Position numbers and translations under genes: made by a program
Shown: piece by piece, positions 46,590 through 56,886 of the stretch
Layout: each line of letters begins with the position of its first letter
Position numbering within the stretch: the stretch's first letter is position 1
Notes under the pieces: generated by a model
Told to the model about the DNA's origin: nothing
What the model saw: the letters and a program-made list of their open reading frames with translations, nothing else
Databases searched by the model: none
Assembly: GCA_965204375.1 (NCBI GenBank)
Contig: OZ241986.1
Location: 4,512,001-4,576,000 of the forward strand
Length of the DNA stretch: 64,000 bases
Source: Candidatus Latescibacterota bacterium
GTDB taxonomy: Bacteria; Latescibacterota; UBA2968
Direction: 5' to 3'

Positions 46590-48944
46590 TCAACCATCGG
46601 ATCGGAAGCGCACTTCGCGTTCGACGCTCTTGCCACTGACCAGGTCGGTTACAATGACCTCGAGTGCGTTGACCCCGGGTCTGACTTTGTTGAGTACGAT
46701 TTCGACGTATTCCCGTTCGTCGGCGTCGCGTCCCGTGAGCTCGTTAGTGATGGCCACCTGGGGTTTGCTGGTTCTAAAGATGGTGCGCAACCCCGTAGCC
46801 ACTGCGCCAAATACACCAACAGCGGGCATAGCACTGGAACGAATGCGGTATTCGGTTTTGTAACGGGTTTGTCCAAAGGTGTCTTTGGTCAGGTTGTAGA
46901 TTTCAAAGTAGGCATAGACATTTTGCGTTGCGGCATAACTGCGCGTGGGAATGGGGATGATCCACACATCTTCTTTTTGGAATTTTGTCGCGCCTTCTTC
47001 CGCAATGCTCGAGGCCAGTTGAATTTCACTGACTTGAAGCTCTGGGATCTGATAGTCTCTGACTTCGAGTTCTTGCCGGTAGAGTCCGGTGCGTCCAGAG
47101 ATGAGGTCTTTCATTTGCACTTGAAGTTCGTATTTGCCGGGCGGTACCTGTGTTTTGATGATTTCAGGCACAAAAGCACCCTGTTCGATTGTGCTGGGTA
47201 CTTGCGCGCCGCGATACGCGAACTCATCGGTTGTGCGATAGATGGATGTATGACCCTCATTTGCCAGCGCAACGGCCAATTGTACGTGTATGAAACTCGA
47301 ATCGGCTTCTTGCTCAATTTCGACCTGCTCGGGCGGGATGCCGTAATAAATCTCGAGATTGGTTTGCCCGTCGGGTCCGCGGAAGTGCGCCAGATCATAG
47401 TAGAAATTGAGTATATCGCCGGGAAGACCAGGGCGGTAAAAATCGGGTGAAGTCGATACGGCTTGCTGGTAGATGACTTCGGGCATGTATTCGGTCATGC
47501 GGGCGATATAAGCGATGGCTTCGGGATCTGCAATGCTTGTGGCTTCGGGTAATGGGGCAAAGTCATAGCGTCCATTGCCCATTTCGTCGGTAAAGGTAAT
47601 CTCTATGCCCCCATTGATCTGAATATAGGTCCAGGTTTCCCAGGGCACAGTATCAATTTCACTGCCAATGGTAACAGGCGAAAAGCGGCCAAATTGTAAG
47701 CGGGTGTTGAGTTGTCCCGTTTGCTCATCGAGAACGCTTTCGATGGTGCCATCGCCCTCAAATGGATTATCCTCAACGAGTTCGAAACTTATGTCGCGGT
47801 TGGTGCGAATGGGAAAGACGGGACCTGTGAAGGTGAAATGGGCAGCTTCAGGACCGTAGATGTCAACGGCCATCTGCGTGCGCACGCGCTCTACTTCGGC
47901 GGTTTGAAAAAAGTTGCGATCATTGGAGCGCGACCGATAGTCGGGTTCGCCATATCGAATATAAACAGCACCTCGCTCATCCCAGGGATAGACATTGGAC
48001 GAAAAATAGGTGCGCGCATACCAGGTGCGGCGGTAGTGTTCGATGACGCGCTCGTTGAGTTTGGTGAGAATATCGGGGTCGCGCCGTGCCCAGAATTGCT
48101 CGCGATATGCCTGTTGTTCGGGCCCCGGTGTGGCGGCGTGGTATTCCTGGAGTTCTGTATCTGAGGCAACATAGGCAATATCGGTGTAGTGTGCGCGTTC
48201 ACTGCTTTTGATGTTGGCGAGATAACGCTCGAAGAGTTCAAGGGCTTTTTGCGCCTCGTCGTTGTAAAAATGACCCTGTGCAACAATGGGCAAGAGCTGA
48301 ACCACATCGGGGTGTGCGGAGAGATAGGGAGCAATATGTTCGAGAATGGTGTCAAATGCTTTGGCCTGTACACAGGCTAAGCCGTAATAATAAAGATTAT
48401 CGGGATTATCGGGTTCGAGTTCGACGTATTTCTGATAGTACTGCATAGCCCTATTGTGGTCTTCTTCAAATCGCTCATAGACTTCGCCGAGCAGACGATA
48501 GGCCGGACCGTAATTGGGATCGAGTTTGGTGGCGCGCTTGGCTTCGCCAATAGCTCTGTGAAAATTGTAATAAGATTGCAGGCCCCGCGTGGGTACTTTG
48601 GCATACGTAAGGCCAAGCCCGACATAGGCCTCGACGAGGCTTTTGTCGAATTTTTTGGCTGTTTTGAAGGCGCCTTCAGCTTCTTTGTATTCTTTCCGTT
48701 TGAGATAGATATAACCCAGTTGAGAATACACATGGGCGTCTTCGGGAAAGTTTTTTAAAATGCGTTGGAGAGTCGCCATGGCCTCGTTGATTTCACCCGC
48801 TTGAATCTGACGCTGGCTCAGGGCAAACAGCGTATTTCGGACGATCTTGTCTTGTTGAGGTGCTTCATCTTCTTCTGCAAGAAGAGGCAGCGCAATGCAA
48901 GAGGCACAGCAGACAACCATCCAGAACTGCAATCCAATTTTCAT
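46590..48944 (-). CDS. GWxTD domain protein with N-terminal TPR repeats
   Basis: Signal peptide, TPRs, FWARRDP...NERVIEHYRR...WDERGAVYIRYGEPD. Confidence 0.88.
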   Translation of the reverse strand: MKIGLQFWMVVCCASCIALPLLAEEDEAPQQDKIVRNTLFALSQRQIQAGEINEAMATLQRILKNFPEDAHVYSQLGYIYLKRKEYKEAEGAFKTAKKFDKSLVEAYVGLGLTYAKVPTRGLQSYYNFHRAIGEAKRATKLDPNYGPAYRLLGEVYERFEEDHNRAMQYYQKYVELEPDNPDNLYYYGLACVQAKAFDTILEHIAPYLSAHPDVVQLLPIVAQGHFYNDEAQKALELFERYLANIKSSERAHYTDIAYVASDTELQEYHAATPGPEQQAYREQFWARRDPDILTKLNERVIEHYRRTWYARTYFSSNVYPWDERGAVYIRYGEPDYRSRSNDRNFFQTAEVERVRTQMAVDIYGPEAAHFTFTGPVFPIRTNRDISFELVEDNPFEGDGTIESVLDEQTGQLNTRLQFGRFSPVTIGSEIDTVPWETWTYIQINGGIEITFTDEMGNGRYDFAPLPEATSIADPEAIAYIARMTEYMPEVIYQQAVSTSPDFYRPGLPGDILNFYYDLAHFRGPDGQTNLEIYYGIPPEQVEIEQEADSSFIHVQLAVALANEGHTSIYRTTDEFAYRGAQVPSTIEQGAFVPEIIKTQVPPGKYELQVQMKDLISGRTGLYRQELEVRDYQIPELQVSEIQLASSIAEEGATKFQKEDVWIIPIPTRSYAATQNVYAYFEIYNLTKDTFGQTRYKTEYRIRSSAMPAVGVFGAVATGLRTIFRTSKPQVAITNELTGRDADEREYVEIVLNKVRPGVNALEVIVTDLVSGKSVEREVRFRSDG

Positions 48945-48980
48945 GGTGTTCTCCCGATTGATCAAGATGTAAAACTGCTC

Positions 48981-49790
48981 TTAGACCGTCGCTTGCAGCT
49001 CTTTCAAATAACTCAGCGTATCGCGGATACTCGCCTCTGTCGTCTCCGACGCACCCTTCTCCACACACAGTGGACCCGCGTAATCTGCCGCATTTAAAAT
49101 TTCCAAACACGTCTTCAAATCATATCCCATAGCTTTGCCATCCCGCTCCCACGCCTGCACGCCGTCATCACTGTAATTAAACACCTTCACATGACACGAA
49201 AACGCGCGCGGTGCCAGCACGCGCATGCCCGCCTCCCAATCGCCATCGGGAAAATTCGCCGTATCTGGACAGGTGCCAAACCAATCGGAACCCACCCCAT
49301 CCAAAATCCGCTGCAAATTATCAGAAGAAGACGACACCCCCCCGTGATTCTCCACCAGCAGCTTCACACCCGCCTGCTCGCCCACAGCCACCAATTCCCG
49401 ATACCCCTCAATCACCCGGCTCATCGCCCCATCGTCATCCGCGTGCCCCGTATTAATCCGTATCGCCTCGGACCCCACAGCCGACGCCGTGTAAAACCAC
49501 TGCTTCAGCGCCTCCAGATCCGTGCGCCGCACAGCCGCATCAGCACCCGCAATATTGCCCATATCCACCGCGATATTGCGCACCGAAAGTCCATTGTCAG
49601 CCAACCGATTCCGAAGCTCATTCAAATACCTCGCATCCTGAGACTCAAAAAACCGCGAACACAACTCCACTGTCTCCACGCCATGGGAGGCACACACCTC
49701 GGGAAATTCCAGCAAAGTCAGCGACTTCTCCCGCAAAATTTCACCGCTAAGCACCCATCCGGCAATACCGAGTTCGAGATCCATACTCAT
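48981..49790 (-). CDS. Sugar phosphate isomerase/epimerase (xylose isomerase-like TIM barrel)
   Basis: IRINTG, LLVENHGG, CPDTANF, CHVK, LCVE. Confidence 0.88.
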   Translation of the reverse strand: MSMDLELGIAGWVLSGEILREKSLTLLEFPEVCASHGVETVELCSRFFESQDARYLNELRNRLADNGLSVRNIAVDMGNIAGADAAVRRTDLEALKQWFYTASAVGSEAIRINTGHADDDGAMSRVIEGYRELVAVGEQAGVKLLVENHGGVSSSSDNLQRILDGVGSDWFGTCPDTANFPDGDWEAGMRVLAPRAFSCHVKVFNYSDDGVQAWERDGKAMGYDLKTCLEILNAADYAGPLCVEKGASETTEASIRDTLSYLKELQATV

Positions 49791-49880
49791 TTCTCCTTTT
49801 ACTGAATTTATCGACAGATTTGACCACCACTCCTATATTTATATTATATTACACTCCCCCACAACACAAGGAGGTTTTGC

Positions 49881-51146
49881 GTGGAATCCGTTATCGGCAT
49901 CATCTTAGGAGGCGGAGCAGGGTCGCGCCTCTATCCCCTGACCAAATACCGCTCCAAACCCGCCGTCCCTATCGGCGGCAAATACCGCCTCATCGACATA
50001 CCCATCAGCAACTGCCTGCACTCGGGCCTCACACGCATCTACGCACTCACCCAATTCAACTCCGCCTCTCTCAACCGCCACATCGCCCAAACCTATCGCT
50101 TCGACGCCTTTTCAAACGGCTTTGTCGAAATCCTCGCCGCCGAACAAACCGAAGACCGCCTCGACTGGTATCAGGGCACAGCCGACGCGGTTCGCCAGCA
50201 ACTCCGCCACTTCATGTCCTACCAGATAGATCAATACCTCATCCTCTCCGGTGACCACCTCTACCGCATGAACTACCGGAACTTTATCGCCGAACACCGC
50301 GAAAAAGGCGCAGACCTCACCATCGCCGTCAAACCCGTCAGCCGAGAAATCGCGCCCGAACTCGGTATCCTCAAACTCGATGACACCGGACGCATCATCG
50401 ACTTCGTAGAAAAACCGCAAACCGACGCCGAACTGGACGACCTCAAACTCGATCCCGCACCCGGCAGCAACCCCGACGAAGCGTACATGGCCTCCATGGG
50501 CATCTACGTCTTTGAAAAAGACAAACTGAGAACACTCCTCGCAGAAAACAAAGGCGACGACTTTGGCAAACACATCATCCCCGCCGCCATCCACAGCCAC
50601 AAAGTCTATGCCCACCGGTTCGAAGGCTACTGGGAAGACATCGGCACCATCCGCGCCTTCTACGAAGCCAACCTCGCGCTCACAACCCCGGCACCCCCCT
50701 TCACCTTTTATCAACCCGGCGCCCCCATCTACACCCACCCGCGCTACCTCGCCGCGGCCAAATTGGACGGATGCCACCTCAAACAATGCAAAATCGGCGA
50801 CGGCTCCGACATCCTGGACGCAGAAATCGAACACGCCGTCATCGGCATACGCAGCATCGTTGGTCCCCGCGTCAAACTCACCAACACCGTCATGATGGGC
50901 GCCGACTTTTACGAAACACCCGAAGACAAAAAACGCAACAAACAAAAAGGCATCCCAAACGTCGGCATCGGTCCGGGATGCGTAATCGACAGCGCAATCA
51001 TCGACAAAAACGCGCGCATTGGGGAAAACGTCACCATCCAAAACGCAAAAAACATCCGCGAAACAGAACGCGACGCCTACGCCATCCGAGACGGCATCGT
51101 CGTCATCACCAAAGACGCTATTATTCCCGCGGGTACGGTGATTTAA
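49881..51146 (+). CDS. glgC: Glucose-1-phosphate adenylyltransferase
   Basis: GGGAGSRLYPLTKYRSKPAVPIGG, WYQGTADAV, LSGDHLY, FVEKP, ASMGIY, YWEDIGT. Confidence 0.97.
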   Translation: MESVIGIILGGGAGSRLYPLTKYRSKPAVPIGGKYRLIDIPISNCLHSGLTRIYALTQFNSASLNRHIAQTYRFDAFSNGFVEILAAEQTEDRLDWYQGTADAVRQQLRHFMSYQIDQYLILSGDHLYRMNYRNFIAEHREKGADLTIAVKPVSREIAPELGILKLDDTGRIIDFVEKPQTDAELDDLKLDPAPGSNPDEAYMASMGIYVFEKDKLRTLLAENKGDDFGKHIIPAAIHSHKVYAHRFEGYWEDIGTIRAFYEANLALTTPAPPFTFYQPGAPIYTHPRYLAAAKLDGCHLKQCKIGDGSDILDAEIEHAVIGIRSIVGPRVKLTNTVMMGADFYETPEDKKRNKQKGIPNVGIGPGCVIDSAIIDKNARIGENVTIQNAKNIRETERDAYAIRDGIVVITKDAIIPAGTVI

Positions 51147-51156
51147 CCAGTCCCTC

Positions 51157-51194
51157 TTTTTCATCTGCGTCTATCTGCGTTCATCTGCGGATCA
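51157..51194 (-). repeat. ACGCAGAT-type short tandem repeat (core-less member of the ~60-bp family)
   Basis: tcatctgcgt ctatctgcgt tcatctgcgg atca. Confidence 0.75.
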
Positions 51195-51203
51195 CACGTC
51201 CTA

Positions 51204-52031
51204 TCACCCGCGCTTTTGTGCAAATAGCCAGTCCCATACATTCTCGGTTTTGTCGCATTGATCGCTGGCAAAATGCGTGATAAATCCGCGTTGTGGATCA
51301 TCGCCAGTGTACGCAAAACCGTAGGCACTCGCATTGTGTCCCACATCTTTTAATTCGGTGTATTTGGTATTGGCATCTATCGCGTCTAACTGGCGAAAAG
51401 CGTCCCGGGTTAATTCCACGGGCACAGTTGCATCGGCATCGCCGTGAAATGTCCAGATGGGAACTTCTACAATGCGGCTGACATCATTCCACGGCTCGCA
51501 TCCGCCAGCAGAGGGCATCGCGGCGGCGAAACGATCGGGTTGTGCGCAAACGGCGTTCCATGTACCGAATCCACCCATTGAATGCCCCAGCACATAGATA
51601 CGGTCTTGATCAATTGGAAACTCATCGCATATTGTATCCAGCAGATCAAAGGCTCTGCCCAGGTCGCCCTTTGAGAGATCGTCGCCTCGATCCAGCAATC
51701 GCTTAACGCGCGCTTGCCAGATGTCGGAGAGCGAGTCGATATATTCCTGTGTGATCTCGGGCATGGAATTGGGCACCAGCCAGCGCAGGGGCGTTTGAGG
51801 AGCAAGCACAAAACAGGGATAGTTGCGGCGGTGTGTTTCATCTGCCAGTGGTGATTCATTCCAGTGGCGCAGATTTTTGATATTATCTGTGCCTTTGCCT
51901 CCTGCCCCATGCAAGCTAAAGATAAGTGGATATACTTTATCGGGATGGTCTGCAATATCAATAGGTCTGAGCAGGCGATAGGGCATGGTGCCGTAGTTTC
52001 GTTCTTCGTAAATATCCATCCAGTCGTTCAT
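51204..52031 (-). CDS. Alpha/beta hydrolase (phospholipase/peptidase-like)
   Basis: LHGAG, VLAPQ, GHSMGG nucleophile elbow, FHGDAD, GH. Confidence 0.88.
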   Translation of the reverse strand: MNDWMDIYEERNYGTMPYRLLRPIDIADHPDKVYPLIFSLHGAGGKGTDNIKNLRHWNESPLADETHRRNYPCFVLAPQTPLRWLVPNSMPEITQEYIDSLSDIWQARVKRLLDRGDDLSKGDLGRAFDLLDTICDEFPIDQDRIYVLGHSMGGFGTWNAVCAQPDRFAAAMPSAGGCEPWNDVSRIVEVPIWTFHGDADATVPVELTRDAFRQLDAIDANTKYTELKDVGHNASAYGFAYTGDDPQRGFITHFASDQCDKTENVWDWLFAQKRG

Positions 52032-52047
52032 ATTGTCTCCTTATGGA

Positions 52048-52494
52048 TCAACTTTTACACAGATAAAGACCCAGGTCTTTCTCAGCCTCTCCCTCTAACA
52101 GACCGACCTGCACGGGAATATCCGCGTCTTTGAGAATTTGGATGCCGCGCCCGCGATTTTTGGGATGCGGGTCGATGAGTGCGACAAAAACATCTCGGAT
52201 TTTTCTTTTAACAAGTGCTTGCGCACACGAAGGCGTGCGTCCGTAAAAAGAGCACGGCTCCAGAGTGACAAATGCCGTAACATCTTCCAGTGAATCCGCC
52301 ACTTGCGCCAGTGCCATCGCCTCTGCGTGAAATTGACCCGGAGGATTGGTATAACCCCGGGCAATAATTTTGCCTTCTCGCACCAGCACACACCCAACCG
52401 GAGGATTGGGCAAACATTCGGGAAGCGCTTTTCTCCCCTCGACGAGCGCGGCGGTCATGAAGTGCTGTAGTTCGGTTTGAGAATATTTAGACAT
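52048..52494 (-). CDS. Stand-alone RibD-type deaminase domain
   Basis: PNPPVGCVLV, HAE, VTLEPCSFYGRTPSC, DPHP; no reductase domain. Confidence 0.85.
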   Translation of the reverse strand: MSKYSQTELQHFMTAALVEGRKALPECLPNPPVGCVLVREGKIIARGYTNPPGQFHAEAMALAQVADSLEDVTAFVTLEPCSFYGRTPSCAQALVKRKIRDVFVALIDPHPKNRGRGIQILKDADIPVQVGLLEGEAEKDLGLYLCKS

Positions 52495-52518
52495 TGGATA
52501 AGAGATTACTTGGCGCGA

Positions 52519-52558
52519 AAAACGCCCCGGCACAACGATGCTGGGGCGTTCTCTTTTT
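52519..52558. terminator. Putative terminator hairpin
   Basis: aaaaacgccccggca-caacga-tgctggggcgttctcttttt. Confidence 0.55.
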
Positions 52559-52613
52559 GTCCTGTTGCACTTAAAGAGGTGTGACAGGCTATTGTTTGAG
52601 GAGGATTGTTGCA

Positions 52614-52841
52614 CTATTTGGAAAGCAGATTCAACAAAGCAATGGATGTAGCGATATTGGTTGCCAGAATCGTAAACAACAAACCGATAATCCATTTGAT
52701 CATACTGGTAACGCGGGTATCCATATTGTTCAGGCGGGTATCAATGCCATTGAGTCTTTCGTTGATCTGCGTGTTGATGCCTTCCAACATTGCAATACGG
52801 GTTTCGTGGTCAGCAACGCGGGTTTCCAGTGTAGGCAACAT
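52614..52841 (-). CDS. Small coiled-coil + C-terminal TM protein
   Basis: RLNGIDTRLNNMDTR heptads then KWIIGLLFTIL; AAGGA RBS. Confidence 0.65.
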   Translation of the reverse strand: MLPTLETRVADHETRIAMLEGINTQINERLNGIDTRLNNMDTRVTSMIKWIIGLLFTILATNIATSIALLNLLSK

Positions 52842-53001
52842 TTGTGGAGGTTCCTTTCTTTAATCTGTGCTTGAGAATCCTGGCAAGAAGCGTTCTCTAA
52901 TTGCCTCAAGTTCAAGATTCTCGCGAATCATCGTTGCGCCCTCCGCCTATCTCTAAAAAATAACACCATGCCCTTTTGAGTGCAAGGCTAAATCACTCCG
53001 T

Positions 53002-54303
53002 TTACTCCTCATCATACCCAATACAATACAAATGCGTCGCCGTCCGAATAAAAAGCTGTGACCCGGATGACACGGGCGAAGACAGCGTGTACGTCCCATC
53101 CAGTTCATTCGTACCCAAAACCTCAAATTTGGGACCAGTGGCCAGAACAGTCGTCACGGCGTATTCATTCAGCAAAAACAACTTCCCATCCGCCAGATGA
53201 GGGGACGCGCTCACAATACCCTGCGTCGTCCGCTCAGGACCCCACACCACAGCACCGGTCTTCGCGTCCAGACACATCGCCCGCCCGCGATCATCAACCA
53301 TATAAAAATACTTCCCATCACTCGTCGGCGTAGGCACATCCGGCGCAGCAGCCCCCTCCCACCTCCACACCACATTGCCGGAAACATCGCCAGTACCACC
53401 AGCCGCCAGCGCCAGCAAGGGCCGTTGCCGGGTCGGTGCATAAATCATATCCCCAACCACCAGAGGAGACGCAACAATCCGATAATTGCCCCTCCGACCG
53501 GGATTCAATCCATTTGCTCGCCAGACCTCACGTCCCGTCTCTGGATCGTGCCCCGTCACACAATCCCCACCCGTAATAACAATCTGAGTCTCTCCATCGC
53601 GCTTCAACAGCACAGGCGTCGTGTACGAATCCGGAGACTCCCGAATAGCATCTGTTGGCCGCTCCTTGCGCCAAGCCTCCTTCCCACTCCCGGCGTCCAG
53701 TGCCATAACATACGAAGGATCGTCCGTCCGCATCCCGTGAAGCACCTGAAGAATGAGCTTGCCATCGTACAGAATCGGCGAAGACGCATACCCGAAAAGC
53801 AGACCAAATCTGCCGTAATCCTTTTGAATACTCCGCGACCAGATTGCCTTCCCCTCCATATCCAGACACGTCACAACCCCATTGCCCGTAACCACCCACA
53901 CATGCGCCCCATCCGTAATAGGAGACGGCGACGTCATATTGTGTTTGCGCCGCAGCTCATTACCCTCATCCAGCTTATGCCGCCAGAGTTCACTCCCGTC
54001 TTTCTTCGACAAACACAAAATATAAATCTCTGGACCGCCCGGTTCCTGTTCCTCTGGCCTTTGGGCAGGTGACGGCGAAGTCAGAAAAATGCGATCACCC
54101 CAGATAACAGGCGTACTCCCGCTCCACGAAGGCAACTCGGCCTTCCAGATAATATTCTTTTCCAAACTCCAGGACGCGGGCAGATTTTTGGCCGTACTCA
54201 CCCCATCTTGCTGCGGACCGCGCCACTGCGGCCAATTATCTGCTTGAACGCCCAGCGGAACAAGTACCAGAATACAAACCATGCGAACAATTCGACCAAC
54301 CAT
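53002..54303 (-). CDS. PQQ-binding-like beta-propeller repeat protein
   Basis: Signal peptide, NWPQWRGP, repeated SSP/SP..W motifs, LFIRT..LYCIG. Confidence 0.92.
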   Translation of the reverse strand: MVGRIVRMVCILVLVPLGVQADNWPQWRGPQQDGVSTAKNLPASWSLEKNIIWKAELPSWSGSTPVIWGDRIFLTSPSPAQRPEEQEPGGPEIYILCLSKKDGSELWRHKLDEGNELRRKHNMTSPSPITDGAHVWVVTGNGVVTCLDMEGKAIWSRSIQKDYGRFGLLFGYASSPILYDGKLILQVLHGMRTDDPSYVMALDAGSGKEAWRKERPTDAIRESPDSYTTPVLLKRDGETQIVITGGDCVTGHDPETGREVWRANGLNPGRRGNYRIVASPLVVGDMIYAPTRQRPLLALAAGGTGDVSGNVVWRWEGAAAPDVPTPTSDGKYFYMVDDRGRAMCLDAKTGAVVWGPERTTQGIVSASPHLADGKLFLLNEYAVTTVLATGPKFEVLGTNELDGTYTLSSPVSSGSQLFIRTATHLYCIGYDEE

Positions 54304-54413
54304 AGAAACTCCTCCTCAATAGTGTGATTTTCAACTTGTTTTTCACCCAATTTGACAGATATTTCCCCTTGATTGTTCCTGCCATCCTTCAGCGTCAAGA
54401 TAGAAAGGCTCAC

Positions 54414-55835
54414 ATGAAACGGCAACCCAATATTTTACTATTCATCACCGATCAACAGCGCTCCGACACCATGGCGTGTTACGGCAACGACTGGATCCAA
54501 GCACCGAATATGAACGCCCTCGCCAGCGAAAGCTTTGTCTTTGAAAACCCCTATTGCACGCAACCCGTCTGCACGCCATCGCGCGCCACCCTCATAACGG
54601 GACTGTATCCACACGCTGCCGGAATGACCAAAAACAACATCCTGCTCGATCCAGCAATCAAATCCATCGCAGAAATGACATCAGACACCTATCACAAAGC
54701 CTACTACGGCAAATGGCACCTGGGCAAAGAAACAACGCGACAACACGGATTTGACGAATGGCTACCCGTCTTTGAACTGCCCTGGGTCATCGACCATCCG
54801 GACACACCGTATCACCAGTTCCTCGTAGAAAACGGAATCGAACCAGACAAAACAACAGAAGCCGGACACCGCGTATTCTCCGGACAACTGCGCGCAAACC
54901 TGCCCGAACACCTGTCCATGGTATCCTTTCTATGCGACGAAGCTGCCCGCTTTCTGATGGCCGAACGCGACAAACCCTTCATGCTACAGGTCCACTGCCC
55001 CGAGCCACACCCCCCTGTCTCCGGACCCATGAAACATATACACGACCCCAACAAAATGCCCGTAGGTCCCGCATTCACGCGCTATCCCGCAGGTGCATCG
55101 CTATTCAACAGACTGAGGGCAGAACGCAATATACAACCCAATGCAACTCCTGAAGAACAACACACCGCAGAAGCAAAACTGAGAAAATTCCGCGCCGAAT
55201 ACTACGGCACAGTCACCCTCGTAGATCGGGCACTGGGCAGACTGATGGACGCCCTTGAAAAATCCGACCACGCCGACAACACCATAGTCGTATTCAGCTC
55301 TGACCACGGCGAAATGGCAGGCGACCAGGGCATGCGGGAAAAACGCGCATTCTACGAACCCTCCGCCAAAGTACCGCTCCTCATGCGGATCCCCCATCTC
55401 GGCCGCGAACACCGAATGATCCCCGGCAACATCGGCCATATCGACCTCGTCCCCACCTTATTAGACCTCATGGGACAACCCGTGCCCGACCACCTGCAAG
55501 GCACCAGCCGGGTACCCGTCCTCGAACACAGAGCAACACTCGACGATAATGACGTCTTCATCCAGTGGAACGGACTGGGAGATCGCAGCCTCGGCTCACC
55601 GCAGATCAACTTAATCGCCACCCTCCCCTGGCGCTCAATCGTAACAGCCGACCGATGGAAACTCAACCTGTGCGCAGGCGACCAATGCGAATTATTCGAC
55701 CTGAACAGAGACCCCCATGAACTCACCAACCTATTCGATGAACCTGAACACAGAGATCGCATCCGCAAAATGGCGGCAAAAATTCGCCTCTGGCAACATG
55801 AAACAGGCGATAACGCGCCATTACCAACAGTTTAA
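54414..55835 (+). CDS. Sulfatase
   Basis: PNILLFITDQQR, CTPSRA, GKWHLG, SDHG, KRAFYE. Confidence 0.94.
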   Translation: MKRQPNILLFITDQQRSDTMACYGNDWIQAPNMNALASESFVFENPYCTQPVCTPSRATLITGLYPHAAGMTKNNILLDPAIKSIAEMTSDTYHKAYYGKWHLGKETTRQHGFDEWLPVFELPWVIDHPDTPYHQFLVENGIEPDKTTEAGHRVFSGQLRANLPEHLSMVSFLCDEAARFLMAERDKPFMLQVHCPEPHPPVSGPMKHIHDPNKMPVGPAFTRYPAGASLFNRLRAERNIQPNATPEEQHTAEAKLRKFRAEYYGTVTLVDRALGRLMDALEKSDHADNTIVVFSSDHGEMAGDQGMREKRAFYEPSAKVPLLMRIPHLGREHRMIPGNIGHIDLVPTLLDLMGQPVPDHLQGTSRVPVLEHRATLDDNDVFIQWNGLGDRSLGSPQINLIATLPWRSIVTADRWKLNLCAGDQCELFDLNRDPHELTNLFDEPEHRDRIRKMAAKIRLWQHETGDNAPLPTV

Positions 55836-55854
55836 CACGCAGGAGAAATACCTC

Positions 55855-56886
55855 ATGAACACAATCAAAACGCGAACAGTAGGGCGAACAGGCCTCGAAG
55901 TAACCGAAATGGGCATGGGCGGCGCGCCCATAGGTGATCTATTCGAACTCGTAAGCGAAACACAGGCGCAAAACACATTGCAAGCCGCATGGGATGCGGG
56001 CATCCGATACTTCGACACAGCCCCCTTTTACGGCTATGGCAAAAGCGAACACCGCCTCGGCCATTTTCTGCGCCAACAGAACAGAGAAGAATTTGCCATC
56101 TCCACCAAAGTCGGACGCGTATTAAAAGCCACGCGCGACCTCAAAACTTATGACAAAGACATGTGGATTGGCGGCTTGCCCTTTGAGTACGCCTTTGACT
56201 ACAGCTATGACGGCATCATGCGATCTTATGAAGACAGCCTCCACCGACTGAGCTTGCACGCCGTAGAACTCCTCCTCATACACGACCCCGACTACTTCTT
56301 TCACACCTCCGAAGACATGGTAACCGCCACCCTCGCCCAAATCTACACAAGCGGCTGGCGCGCCCTAAGCGAACTGCGCTCAAGCGGACAAATCAAAGGC
56401 ATTGGCGTGGGACTCAACATGCTGGGACTCATCCCCCGATTCTTAGACATGGTCGATATCGACTTCTTCATCGTCGCCATGCCCTATACCCTCCTCGACC
56501 AGGACCCATTGGACGATGAATTTCCAAAATGCGCCGAACACGGTGCCGACATCGTCATCGGCTCCGTATTTGCCTCGGGCATCCTCGCCACAGGACCCGT
56601 TGAAGGCGCATTATACGCGTACGACACCGCAACCTCAGAAATCCTTGAAAAAACCCGAAAAATAGAAACAATATGCAATGCATACAACGTACCGCTCCCC
56701 GCAGCAGCCATCCAATTCCCACTCGCACACCCCATTGTCGCCGCCATCATCCCCGGCGCACTCAAACCCGAATACATCCATGCAAACATCAAAAACTACC
56801 AGCACCCCATACCCTCAGACCTCTGGGCAGAACTAAAATCCGAAGGCTTGCTGCGAGAAGACGCGCCGACACCAGGAGAAGTTTGA
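55855..56886 (+). CDS. Aldo/keto reductase (D-threo-aldose dehydrogenase-like)
   Basis: FDTAPFYG, STKVGR, FDYSYDG, LLIHD, AAIQFPLAHP. Confidence 0.92.
   Translation: MNTIKTRTVGRTGLEVTEMGMGGAPIGDLFELVSETQAQNTLQAAWDAGIRYFDTAPFYGYGKSEHRLGHFLRQQNREEFAISTKVGRVLKATRDLKTYDKDMWIGGLPFEYAFDYSYDGIMRSYEDSLHRLSLHAVELLLIHDPDYFFHTSEDMVTATLAQIYTSGWRALSELRSSGQIKGIGVGLNMLGLIPRFLDMVDIDFFIVAMPYTLLDQDPLDDEFPKCAEHGADIVIGSVFASGILATGPVEGALYAYDTATSEILEKTRKIETICNAYNVPLPAAAIQFPLAHPIVAAIIPGALKPEYIHANIKNYQHPIPSDLWAELKSEGLLREDAPTPGEV

Noticed and set aside
52861-52932. 23-codon minus-strand ORF with GGAGG RBS (MIRENLELEAIRERFLPGFSSTD)
   Set aside because: Possibly another collapsed remnant, but too short to assign
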